A stretch of DNA of 64,000 nt from Basidiobolus meristosporus CBS 931.73 (taxonomy: Eukaryota > Fungi > Basidiobolomycota), in the NCBI GenBank assembly GCA_002104905.1, contig MCFE01000486.1, forward strand, positions 1 through 64,000, in the 5' to 3' direction. The position numbers and the translations under genes were made by a program. Below the pieces are notes generated by a model. It saw nothing but the letters and a program-made list of their open reading frames with translations. It made no database searches and was not told the origin of the DNA. Position 1 is the stretch's first letter; each line of letters opens with the position of its first letter. This document shows positions 1-12,093 of this stretch, in pieces.

Positions 1-46
1 CTGTTCTCCATGTGCCAACTCATCACATCCATGACAGACTTAAAGG

Positions 47-977
47 TCATATTCTTGATGAGATTGGGATATGGTAGTATCTGCAACTTGACTTGTCTCC
101 TATCTCCCTACACATCCGCTCCATAGGAAGCCCCCAAAAGGTGAAGTAAGGTCCAATATTCTCCACACACTGTGCAAGATGGAGTAGAGAATGGATACAG
201 CAGTGGCAGAGATCTACACATTCAGCTTTATGTTTGTAGTATAGCTGCTCAAATCCTGTCACAAACTCCTTGTACAACAGCTGTAGATGTGTCAAGTTTG
301 CATTGGTGATCCGCTTCTGGAGGAATATTCCTACAATGTCCACATATGACTCCCAACACTTCCAATGTACTCTTGGTAGGAATGACTTAAGAACACCAGC
401 TGAATAAATACATATCCAGTTCATCCAGTCTTTGCATATGTATTGTTGCATATGTGTATGAATATTAATTGGAGCCCAGGAGAGATACTTAGGGTAACAG
501 ATACTCTGTAATATCTTGCCAATTCTTTCAAATTTCCCTAGTATTCCATAGGGCTCATTTAGTTTGGAATGCCCAGTGTACAACTTGGTCATCAGTATAG
601 GGATATTGTTGAAAAGCAAATGCATTGCTCCCAGTGGAAAGCTTTTGCTTCAACAGATACCCTCTATCTTAAATGTCACCAGTTTCCAATTGATTCCATA
701 GTCCAACCAATGGCTTATAGCTTGCCAACCTTGCTGCAATTGCATGCTAACTTCTGTACATTTTCTCTTTGGAAAGATGATGTTCTTAGTGCTGGTATTT
801 TGGGTAATAATAATGTGTGTGAGTTATGGAGTAAATCCCCTGGATCTCACACATTTGACAGCAAAACCTTCCATTGTGCCCAGAAAAGCCTGCTATCTTG
901 CTGATGGCTGGGGTATTTCCAATGCATATAATAATATGCAAGTTTTTTGTGAAATCTGGGGTGCAATTATTTTTCAA
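47..977 (-). pseudogene. Degenerate CACTA/En-Spm (Transposase_21/Tnp2-like) transposase
   Basis: Fragments read IGNTPAISKIAGFSGHNGRFCCQMC and HSLLHLAQCVENIGPYFTFWGLPMERMC. These match the D-x-PA..K..G..GH..C..C and H.L.H......GP....W.F..ER motifs of CACTA transposases. Frame is broken and CpG is absent. Confidence 0.65.
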
Positions 978-1086
978 TAGTCACTGGACAGTTTCCTGAC
1001 AAGATCAGTACCTCTTAGTCATGGGACTTTAACTTTATGACATCCTTTTGATGGGATCATCTCAATAATTTTTCATAGGGGATCTA

Positions 1087-1640
1087 CACTTGGCCACAGA
1101 GTGTGGAATATAGATCTTCATGCAAAGCAGCACCTGTGTTTCACCCATTGTGCAGCAGAAAATCTAATTTTTGACCTTTTTTTTGGGATGAATATTGTGT
1201 ATGACCTGTATGAGGACAAAAGGACTGAAGACATGCATATGGTACTCAATACCCATGGTACTCTGAATCTAGCTCCTGTGGCATGTAACATGTCTCAAAA
1301 ATGCATGGCACTATCTTGGTCTACTGGAACTATCTGGCACTATAAGTACATTGTACAGGTTTTACTTTAGGGATAATATTTAAATACAGTGCCTGAGAGT
1401 GCCTGTGGACTAAGATAGTGCCATGCATATTTGTTACATGTTACAAGCCATGGGAGCTAGATTCAGAGGGCCATGGGTATTCAGTATTAGATACATGTCT
1501 TCAGTCCTTCTATGCTCTTACACATCATGCACTACATTGATTGCAAAAATAGGGAAAAAATGGACTTTCTCCAGCACAATGGGTGAAACACAGGGGCTGC
1601 TTTGCATGAAGATCTATATTCCACACTCTATGGCCAAGTG
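1087..1640. mobile_element. Fold-back / MITE-like hairpin element flanked by TA
   Basis: Structure is TA-CACTTGGCCACAGAGTGTGGAATATAGATC ... GATCTATATTCCACACTCTATGGCCAAGTG-TA. Imperfect inverted homology continues about 250 bp inward on each side, leaving a loop of about 45 bp. Confidence 0.7.
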
Positions 1641-3320
1641 TAGAAATTAGCTGATCTTTCATCATCTTGTGCAAATGATAAAATTGATGTGCCCAAATCT
1701 CCTGTGCCAAAAAATTGGTGTTTCTTCATTTAAGTTACTTGTAGTGGCCTCCAGATATGATGGAATAAAAGTCAACTTGTATAGACTCTGATCTCTGATA
1801 CCCAAAGCAATATGGGCACCATTTTGATCAGTGATCTTGCATCCAGAATTGTCAAAGCTGAAACTGAGTCCTTTGGCTGTGACCTTGCTTACAGATAGTA
1901 GGTTCTTGGCTATTTCTGGTACATAAAGTACTTCTTCAAAGGTCAGTGTATGGCTTCCTTCACTGCTTCAAAGGCTTACTTGGATAGCTCCTTCTCCCAC
2001 TGCATCAAGTGTTCTATTGTCACCTATGAAAACCTTCTTAATTGGAATTTCTTGATATTAGGAAAATAGTTCTTTTTGGTGTGTAAAGTGTTGAGATGCT
2101 CCAGAGTCAATATACCATGTATGAGAATTCTTGTTTGTGCTCATATTTAGTGCCAATATGAATAGTGTATCTTCAGTTGTTGCAGCATTTCTATATTCAG
2201 GCATTTTCTGCTGACTATCTCTCTTTTTAAAGCACCAGTCTGAAGTGTATCCTTTCCTTTTGCAGTAGTTGCAAAACAGGTTGCTATTGCCTTTGTAAGG
2301 TCTTGGGTAGCTCCTTTGTTGGTTATCATTGCTTATTAAAGCATTTTCTTCTTCCTTCTTATTGGCACTTGATTTTCTTAATTCTTCATTCAGGAGCCTT
2401 CCATATATGTAATTTAAGGTCAAGTCTTCAGTTCTGGACTCTAGGGCTGATACAAGGCCCTGAAACCTGTCTGTCAGGCTATTCAGAATGGTAACTATTA
2501 CATCCTCATCAGTTGTTGGTACACCCACAGATTCCATCTCATCTACAAGCAGGGTAATTCTATTAATTAGATTTTTCATTTCTTCTCCTGGCAGCATCTT
2601 TGTAGTAAAGAGTTTTTGTCTCAGATATATTTTCTTAGCAGCTGAACATGACTGGTAGGTGTCTTCTAATGCCTTCCAGGCATTCTTTGCTGTTTTTGCT
2701 CTTGATCATTGAATTAGCAATTTGTCCTTAATATTAAGGCAAATGCAGTTAAAGGCACTTTGTTCTTTCTTCTGGTACTTTAAGGCTTCCTCTCCCACAT
2801 TTTTAGGAGGGCATTTTTCTCCCATGACAGTGTCCCAAAGGTCTCTCTCTTGTAGCAGCATCTTTAGCTTCACCTTCCACACTTGGCAGTTAGATCCATC
2901 CAACTTTTCAGCAGAGGGGAAAATCCCAGTAATAACAGTAGTAGACATTGCAGAGAGTGACAGCTTGGGGCTCATAGCCTGTTATAAGAGTCTTGGAGAT
3001 ATTGGAAGTGATTGGGATAACAAGTAGATTATGTGGTTTTGACTTAATGATCTATTGAATGTAAAGTAGTACTTATACTTTTACATGGTCTTGGCATAGG
3101 AAACACATAGAATAGGTTGCGGATGATCCCAAGAACATGTGTGCAAAGTTTGGGGCTGCTTGGACAACTTTGAGAATTTCATGTTCTGGGCATCTGGTAT
3201 TCTGTGAATATATTCCAAGTAAATCCAACAAGGAATTTGGTCAGTATTCTCTAGGATGTGAAGGTAATGATTTAAATGACTAGGCTAGGTAATATTTAGG
3301 TGGAATCACAAACTTTACCA
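1641..3320 (-). mobile_element. Decayed 5' half of a Copia element (LTR 2980-3320, gag, protease, GAG-pre-integrase start), same family as 42372-47058
   Basis: Colinear with about 45370-47058. Contains WYIDSGASQH and a zinc-knuckle remnant. Stops and frameshifts are present, with many CG->TG/CA changes. Confidence 0.9.
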
Positions 3321-3329
3321 CGGATGTGA

Positions 3330-4990
3330 CCTTGATTGACTGTTAGTCAAGCTTTCAGATGCGGTATTATCCTGAATTGCCAAAAAAAAATATGGATCAT
3401 TATTGAATGATTACCCAAGGAAAATTTTACCAAGTCTGTTGCCAGTCAAAATAAGGCTGAGAATGCAAGTACTAGAGCTGTTAACTGCCAATTTGGACTA
3501 CCTATTAAAGGAAGAAGGTCTCAGAAACAAGTTCCTTGAACTGTAAGGATTCTCATGATAAATAATACATATATATCAACCTGGAGTACAGATATGTGCT
3601 ACACAATCCAATGGAAGAATGCTATACTTGTATCAAGTGTTTTGATTCTGAAACCAGTGTACCAGGAGCTATATGTGGAGCTGTCAGACATACTATCTCT
3701 GTGGTTAAGTCTCAAAACAGTGGGAGAAAGTATTAGACAAGTTAAGCAAAATCAACTCAAGAAGACTATACAGCCAGCCAGAAAAAGTGAAGCAAATGAT
3801 TGCAAGCCTAATTGAAGTATTTAACCATAGGCCATTCAGAAGATAATATAGTACTGTATACTTGTTATATATATATTACTTAGTACAGTGGGAGAAAACT
3901 CTTGGTGACATTTGGTTCTCTGTATCAGATCAGAACAATTGTGATTGATCAAGTCATTGCCAAGCTCTGCAACTCAAAAAGCTGCTATATTGAAGTCTGA
4001 TACCAAAGTACTGATGAAACTAGCTTTCAAATGCAGCTTATTTGATCAAATTTGGTCAGCTCTATAAAAGTTATGATTGATCTAAGTGGATGCCAATTTT
4101 GATTATATCAAGCTCAAATAGTCAGATATTCTGGACCAATGATGTCATGAGGATTTCTATGCTAAAACACACTGTGGTACCACCTGTAAGGAAGTCCAGA
4201 ACTATCCCACAAAAGGAACTTCCTTTGGATAATCAGCAGAAAAAGAATAAGAAAAAAATGGGAAAATACTACTAACACAAATTAGGGTACTTTCCAAATG
4301 GAGCCAAAGCCTATGTAGGCTATATTTGGACTATCATATATGCTCCATGGAGCCCCTTTCACAAAGTTCTCAAGCCAGAAACCCCAAAGAGCCTGGAAAT
4401 TTCAACAAGATCTGTCAGATATTGTGGTATATATTTGAGCAGATTATTTGAAGCAGCAGTCTTGATGTCTGCTGTCTATGGAGCTGAAAGAAAAAGGTGC
4501 AAGGATCATCCTAATGGTTTTTGTAGATTCTGAAGACACTGAATAGAGCAGTTAGCCTTGCACACCAAGCTCAAGGCTGAAAAATAATTATTCAGGAGAA
4601 TAAGAATAAAGCCCTTGTTAACAAGATTTCACTTCCAGAAAAGCACCAGTATCTACTCTACAAGCGTATTCTGATAAGACAAAAGCAGCTGTATTAATTC
4701 AAATCAGTAGAAGCTACTCTAAAAATAGCTACCAAACAACCTATGGTACTTTCTGATACCAGACTGGGTAAATCAAGAAGCAAATGGACTTTGAGTCTGC
4801 CATAAATGAAGTGATCAATCCAAAGAAGGTTGCTGCTACTTAAGGAAGACAAAGAGGACCACTCTGGATCATTTTTGTGGATCTGAATCACCAAACAGAT
4901 GGGGTTCAAGTGGGAGCAGGCCATCCCAGCTCAGAGTTGAGCAAAAACCTTTTTTTTCATGTTGTATGTGCCACAATGCTAGGAAATGAG
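3330..4990. other. Unclassified CpG-depleted degenerate repeat / TE relic
   Basis: Almost no CG dinucleotides. Only short broken coding-like stretches (e.g. KQWEKVLDKLSKINSRRLYSQPEKVKQMIASLIEVF); no family recognised. Confidence 0.3.
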
Positions 4991-4996
4991 GATAAT

Positions 4997-5355
4997 CCAG
5001 ATCAGGCATAGATGACAAAACCTTAACTTGGCCCAACATAGGTCATTTCTTTTACCTCATATAGTGTCTATATGATGGAAGTAGCTGTCCCTGAGCTTAT
5101 TATGGACATACAGTGAAGTTGTCTAAATGAATTAGACTTTTGCCTGTAAATAAGGAAATTCCAGATCTGCTGTAAATGACAAGCCTTGACTTGGCCCAGT
5201 ATAGATCATTTCTTTTACCTCATATACAGTCTATATGATGGAAGTAGCTGTCCCTGAGCTTATTATGGATATACAGTGAAGTTGTCTAAATGAATCTAGA
5301 CTTTTGCCTGGAAATAAGAAAACTTCAGATCTGCCATAAATGACAAAACCTTTAC
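4997..5355 (+). repeat. Tandem repeat, 164-bp period, about 2.2 copies
   Basis: ATGACAA(A/G)CC recurs at 5012, 5176 and 5340, with near-identical intervening sequence (tatatgatggaagtagctgtccctgagcttattatgga). Confidence 0.85.
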
Positions 5356-5705
5356 TTGTTCAAAAGTGGGTCAATCTTGCTCAAATAAGAAGCATCCAAT
5401 AGCCCAGAGGCTATATATCATTATTATAATCTGACAATCAGACTTAGCTCACTATTGAAGCCTGTACAACTGATCAAAGATGATGATAAGTATTTTGATC
5501 AGATCATTCTGATTTATAGGCATACTATTAAGTAGGTATGCACATTGAATACAAGTTACTTGCTCAATTAAGTTGAACACAAATGCATATACTGTTGGAT
5601 AATATATTAGTCCATTATGCAACACATTTAAATTTTATATGCTTATTACAGATTGCACACTCTCAATATGTATTTATTACTCATGAATATTTTGTTGAGT
5701 GGGAG

Positions 5706-6673
5706 TGTTGTAATTATTAGGTTGTCACCTAAATATTCATCCTAACTTAGTTACATAGATCTTATTCTTTGATTAGCATTCTGTCATGATCAAATTTCTT
5801 GTTGGGACTCAGAACATTTTCACCAAATTATTGGGTACCCAGATTATGATCTTTCTCAAAGTCATCCAAAAGCCCCCAAACTTTGTACACATATTCTTGG
5901 GACCTTCCTTAACAAACTTCACATGTTTGTTTGCTCTACTTTATCAAAAGTATAAATACCATGCTTTTGATCAATAAATCTACAAGTGAATAACATGTAA
6001 ATCCTCTAATTCTCCACATCGCTTCCAATACTCCTCAGAATATTGCAACACAAACAGCCACAAACTTTACACATATGCTCTTGGAACCTTCCTAAGCATA
6101 TTCAATGTGTTTGTCTTACCATGGCCATGTATAAGTATGAATACCACTTTTATGCTCAATAAATTATGGAGTGAAAACCACATAATCAACTTGTTCTCCC
6201 AATCATTTCCAATATCTCCAAAGCTCTTACAACAAAATGTAGCTTTAGGATGTGCCAACAGATCCAGAACAGATATGGCAGATCTGTGACTCATGGTTGA
6301 AAAATACCCACCACTTTTGGGCCAAATCAGTTGCTGGAGCAGTATACACCAAGTATTGTATTTGCACCTAAATACTCCACCAACTTGGTTGATTAGATCA
6401 CAACAAATAAGCCCCCGTGCTTGCTGACCAGATTCCTTTCGGGAACGTACCAAAATTTATACCCCTAAACACCAAGATTCTCACGGCAATCTAAGCCCCC
6501 CTCCCAAAAACAACTTTGCACAAATGCTCTTGGGACCTTGTGTAGCATATGACTATGTTTGTATTACCAAGACCGTAGAAAAGCATCAACATCACTTCTA
6601 CATTTAATAGGCCATCGAGTGAAAATTACTTGATGTCCTTGTCCTTGCAAGATATCCAAGACTCTTATAACAA
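5706..6673 (+). mobile_element. Cluster of Copia LTR-related copies (about 5706-6050 preceded by PPT gagtgggag; partial 6051-6234; partial about 6500-6673)
   Basis: Segments resemble the reverse complement of the 350-bp LTR (tgttgta...cacctaaatattca; ...ccaagactcttacaaca). Confidence 0.7.
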
Positions 6674-6986
6674 CGTGTGCCTTAGATATGGGAGCTTTAA
6701 AAAAAGTGCACGATGCTTATTTTTTGGGTCACTGCAGTACAAGTATGTTCTATAGACTCTACAATACCATAGCCAAAAAGCAGCTCAAATGAGCGTGAAG
6801 CCAGCCAGTCAACCAATGGGCAACTACGGCGAGCGCTGTGCCACTCGACCAGATCGCCCTTCGAATAACCCCCTCCCCCAGATTGGCACGTGGCCCTTGA
6901 CGCGACTGTGCCACCCAAACCAGGCCTCACCTACGGTGCCACCAAGTATACGATGAAGTGAGCACGATTTAATATTACTGATTGAC

Positions 6987-7070
6987 GATGGAAATGGCAA
7001 TGACAATGGCAATGGAAATGGAAATGATGGAAATAGACATGGACATGGGCATGGACATGGATATGGGGAT
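6987..7070 (+). repeat. Low-complexity hexamer-like repeat (would read GNGNDNGNG...HGHGHGHG)
   Basis: Visible ggaaat/ggcaat/ggacat repeats; the surrounding frame contains stops. Confidence 0.55.
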
Positions 7071-7156
7071 ATATGGTCACGGTCGATGCCGGATGAGACT
7101 CTAAAGGTGGGGACGGCTAATAGTACACAAAGTAACACGAACCGGAAGCTCTAACA

Positions 7157-9302
7157 CTAGCGGATCGGCTTGTACATCACCTGGGCGACCTCCTCCTCCT
7201 CCGCCTGTTTCTTCTGTCTCAGGCTCTCCAGGAGACGGGTGAGCTGCGGGCCCATCTTCTTCTTCTGCTTGTCGTTGACCCCGTCCGCGGTGTAGTAGAA
7301 CTCGGCCTGTCTCTTGCGGACGCTCTCGTACTGACGGATGAGCTCCCGCTGGCCGCTCTTGATCTCCTTGAGGGTGTAGTTGAACTCCCACTCGTCGGAC
7401 CCGTTGGACGCGAGGTCGAAATGGCCGTCCACTCGACGGTTATTCACCCTGGAGTAGCTGTTGATCTGCCATCTGGATACCTGGGCGTTGTCGTCCACCT
7501 TGTAGACGGGCAAGGATTTGACGGTCTCCTCGGCGCTGGGGGAGTAGCCTTGCTCCTCGTTCATTGCCTCGACGTACACATCCATCGTTGGGGAGGTCTC
7601 CTTGGTGTCGACAGTCACCAGCAAGCTCTGAGAGGGGGAGGGAGAAAGAAAGGGTTAGGAGGATGCTGGGCAGTTGGGTGTGGATGCTTACCTGGTTGGG
7701 ATATCTCTCGGTGGCGGTGTTGAGGATCCTTCCGAGAAGCTTGATGGACTGGCTGAACACCTGCTCACCCATGACCGGGTTGCCGAACAGACGGGTCTCC
7801 ATCTCGTCAAGGGAGATGTACTGGAAACCGAACACCCGGGCGGTGTTGTGGTAGCAGACGAACACTCCGTCCATGTTCCCGATGCGCACCTGGATCGAGT
7901 ACTTTAGGAACGCCGAGCGGATCATGTCAAAGTACTCTCTCTCGAACGACTCGAACAGTCCGTACCGCTTCTTAATCTCGTAGATGCTGTTGTTGAGGTA
8001 GTTGTACTTGTCCAGTCGGATGGGCATGGCCGCGCGCGTCTTCAGGTCGAAGGTCTTGCGGGGGAGTCGTGGGTCCTGACAATCCAGCTGTGCGCGGAGT
8101 AGGAAGTCCTCCACCTTCGCGTAGTGGTACGGCTCCGGCGTGTTCCGGAGGTCCTTGATCTTCCAGGAGTTGTCCTTGTGGAAGTTCCGGAACTCTTCGG
8201 GTGGCAAGGTGAGCATCTTCTCCATGGATTTCCCGAGCACCACCAACACACCGTCGGTGACGTCGAAACTCTTGTCCGCATCGATGGCGTACACGCCGTC
8301 TTTCAGTCGAAGGCACACCGAGGCCGGAAGCTTCATGGACCGGGTGTACCCGCGTGGCTGGGGGAAGAAGAAAGGTGAGAAAGGCGGAGTCGCGTACGAC
8401 GCGTCGGTAGGGAAACCAGGTCTACCTCATTCCAGAACGAGGCCGAAAGCACCGAAGCGTTGATGGGCTTGAAGGCGGTGGTGAGGAAGTACATGTGGGA
8501 CAGGAGGTGGGAGGTGGAAGAAGTCGAGCCGACGTATTTCTTCCCGTGCTTGATGGCCAGCTGTCTGAGATTCTACAAAATAGAGGACCGGTGAGTTGCG
8601 TTGGCCCCCGCATTCTCGACCAGCCATGGGCCCATACCTCATCCTTGGAAGAAGTGATGTACGGTTGCAACGCGTCGAAATCGAACTCCGAGGGGGACAA
8701 GATGTTTTTGAGGTACGGGTCGAAGTTGTACACCTTCGAGCGGGGATCCTGAAGAAAATGAACCCCGGGGCTGCGCGGGTGGTTAGATGCGGTGGACTAT
8801 GGTGGCCTGGTATCCAGCTCGCCTCGATACTTACTTGAAAAGCACTCGATCCAGGTCGTGTGCAAGATGGGCGATATCGGTCAAGGGCCCTTGGACAGCT
8901 GGAAAGGAAAGATTTCGGTAAGTGTCGACCCTAGCTCAGAAGGATTGCTCTTCAAAGTGCTCACGTTCGTAGAGGAAGGGGTATGCTTTGGTGGAGGTGT
9001 AGTTAGCGTCGGAAGCGGCCTTGGGAGCCTTCTTCTGGGCTTGCTTCACGGAGTTGCTTACATTCTTCACGGCATTCAGCATCCTCTTGTTCTTCGACTT
9101 CTCTGGAAAGCAAGGCTGATGGTTAGCGAAACAAGGGTCACTTCGCATGCATGGCTTTCTGAGGAGGCGTACTTTTTTTCGAGCTGAAGTCCCGCTGCTG
9201 GGTTTGCAAGTTGCTCAGCATAGACGTGGGTTGGGTCAAAGCCCACCTGCCTGGGGTGGACTTCACCAGGCCAGAAGATCGGTTCCAAAGCTGCTGCAAC
9301 AT
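7157..9302 (-). CDS. PET127: Mitochondrial RNA 5'-processing exonuclease Pet127 (multi-exon)
   Basis: Motifs LAHDLDRVLFN, DFDALQPYITSSKD, YVGSTSS, LLRAQLDC.DPRLP.KTFDLKTRA and ESFEREYFDMIRSAFLKYSIQVRIGNMDGVFVCYHNTARVFGFQY. MTS-like N-terminus and GT-AG introns. Confidence 0.9.
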
Positions 9303-9658
9303 CGTATACACCGTAGATAGAAGATGGGAATCGCCCACCGGACGTTCACATTATACAAATTTTTGCGAAAAAATCCATAACCAGTCACTCCCAATAGGCT
9401 TGCGGAGCAGAATTTTATTTTCCATTTAAGTAGATTGGTTAAATGGGCATGAATCCTCGGTGCCAATGTAAATTTCCTCCGGCCGGCCACCACAGCTGTC
9501 TCGCTGGATTCGCCTGGTAGCACAAGATGCTTGCGCCCTGAAGGATTTTCATTGGCAGGAGGCGAAGGAAAATGGCCGTCAACGCGGGGGGGGGGGGCAA
9601 AAGACTATGGATTTTGGGATTCTTTACTACAACTCCAATGGATAAACGGGGCTCCAGT

Positions 9659-10166
9659 TTACTGGTTGGCAGAGCCTGCGTTGCCAATCATGGTCAGCAT
9701 CGCCCTGGTGTTTTGTATCAACTGATCGCGTTGCTTGAATAAGCTCTCCACAGAACGAACTTTCTCCTCGGTCAATCCGGCCACGTTTTTCGCCTCCGGC
9801 TCTACACTAGACAAGGTGAGCAAGCCCCCTGCATTGATCCTGGTCTCCAAGTGCTCGATAGACTTCAACAAAGTGCTTGCATCGGCTAGGCAGGTGGTAA
9901 CGAACGAATGATTAGTGGCATACACGTCGCCATCGTTTCTCGTGTGGGGACATACCGTTGGCTTGGTTTGAGGTGTATCCTGTCAGGGGTGAGTGGCTTC
10001 TAGATAAAGGAGACGGGTGTTAAAGAAAGGAAAGGGAAAAGAAGCGAGTTGGAGGGGTAGCGAACATGTTGGTGAAGAGCTCGGCCCCTAAACTGTCTAT
10101 GGCATTCACCTCCTCAAGCAAGGAGTCAATCAGCTTATGTTGGTCTTGCAAAGTCTTGATGGACAT
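9659..10166 (-). CDS. Hypothetical small helical protein (about 120 aa, 3 predicted exons)
   Basis: GTTCGC..TAG and GTATGT..TAG introns join ORFs into MSIKTLQDQHKLIDSLLEEV...QRDQLIQNTRAMLTMIGNAGSANQ. No family recognised. Confidence 0.5.
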
Positions 10167-10509
10167 TACTGGAAGCAAGTTTGGCTCGCCGTGCATGACA
10201 CCACTTTTCAATGGTTCCAGAGTTAATTTCAATTAATCAGTATCTCAGATCTACGGGATACTGATTACGTAGATTAGCCACGTAACTCGGGGTGGCCAAT
10301 GGATGTCACGCAGTATGTTGTATAGTACAGCTGATTTTATTAAGAAATCGGTAACAAATATAAAAACATCGTTAAATTATTTGACAAATTGTCCTCCTTT
10401 TCCCAATCGGTGTGACAGATGACTTCTCACACGACTGATTGGAATGCTGCCAGGATTCAATCGAGTGGTACGTCTCCTCGGATAGGATTGAAGACGTGTC
10501 TCGTGCGAT

Positions 10510-11489
10510 TCAATGGCCAGCCTCAGAGCCGTTATCGGAATAGACAGATGCGGGCTTGTAGGCGCTGTGGATATCGGGCTGATGGTCATCTTCAAAGTCG
10601 GGAGGGATCTCATACACACCGTAGAGCACGGAGGTGGGGACGAATGGAGATGCCTCAATATCAGCCTTGGTGGCGACACCACTGAGCACCAACACCGAGT
10701 CAATCTCGGAGTTCACTCCGGCAAGGACATCAGTATCGATTCTGTCACCAATGATGCAGGTCTCCTCACGAGTACATCCGAGAATACGTTGGGCGTATCT
10801 CATCATCAAACTGCTGGGCTTGCCACAGAAGAAGGCGTTCTTCTTGCTGGCCAGCTCGATGGCGTTGGCGAAGCAACCGCAGGAGGGATGGAGGACACCG
10901 TTGGCATCGGGGCCGTTGACGTCCAGGTTGGTGCCGATCAATTTGGCTCCGCCGGAGCAGAGTCTGACGGCCTTGGCGATCTTCTCGTAGTTGTAGCTAC
11001 TAGACTCGCCCACGACAACGAAGTCGGGGTTGACGTCGTTCATGATGAATCCATGCTCGTAGAGAGCGTAGGTGAGTCCGGGCTCGCCGATGGCATAGCA
11101 AGACCCACCGGCCTTTTGGGTTTGTAAGAACTTGGCGGTACAGATACCGGAGGTGTAGAAATGCTCCTCGCCAACCTCGATACCAAGACGGGCAAGCTTC
11201 TCGGACAGCTCCCTAGGGGTAGGGGCGGAGTTGTTTGTCAAGAAGAGGAACTTCTTGTTCTCGCGCTTCAGCCAGTCAACGAACTCCTTGACACCCTTGA
11301 GCAAGTTGTTGCCCTATCATAACAAAAGCCCGCGGTTAGTAAATGGTTGGGAAAGCCGGCTGCGCGAAGGATACTCACTCTGTAGATAACGCCATCCATA
11401 TCGCAGATGAAAGCCTTCTTGTTACGAATCTTCTCCAAGGCATCGGCGTGCAACTTGGGATCAAAGTAAGTATGCTCAATATCAAACAT
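10510..11489 (-). CDS. HAD-superfamily subfamily IIA hydrolase, NagD-like (intron 11314-11378)
   Basis: Motif I CDMDGVIY, FLFLTNNS, CGKPSSLMM and IGDRIDTDVLAG. Confidence 0.9.
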
Positions 11490-12093
11490 GGTAGTGTATT
11501 AGGGATTATGTAGGTAAAAACGTCTATAACACAAGTGTGTTGAGATGCAGTTGTGTCCACGAGCAGCCGTATTTATAAGTGTGATTCACTCAAACCCACA
11601 GGACACCAATTACCGAATCGCTCTGGACTACTCGTCTCATGCCGCATTCCCCACCCCCAGATAAGACGATGATATCATGAAGTATCGATGAACGTGGTTA
11701 GCAAATGATGAGCTATCAATTAATCGATAGATGGATCGACCGCACCAAGCAGAAACTAGATTCGAACTGTCCAAAACACACTACGAATTCTAGGCATCTC
11801 TTCGTTCCCGATTACTCTACTGGTGAAGGGCCAGAGCCATTCTAGAAAACCCTGCATGCTTGCTATCCTAAAAGATACGCATTTCGCCCAAGACCGTAAT
11901 GGCCAACCTACATTCAGTCGCTATTCCTGGTAACCGAGCTTCTATCCAGGAATATTATTGTTGGCTAGGATTCAACATGCGTGCTGCTAAATCATAAATT
12001 AAGGTTAAAACCATCCGTTCATTTGCTCGATTTATTTTGTGAATTACAATAATATAGTTGATGTCTATGGTATATGACAGCCGTGGCTATTGA

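Noticed and set aside
10513-11127. Long antisense ORFs over the HAD gene, and similar ones over 51774-52268, 56297-56761 and 30310-31083
   Set aside because: Shadow ORFs expected from GC-rich codon usage on the opposite strand or frame.
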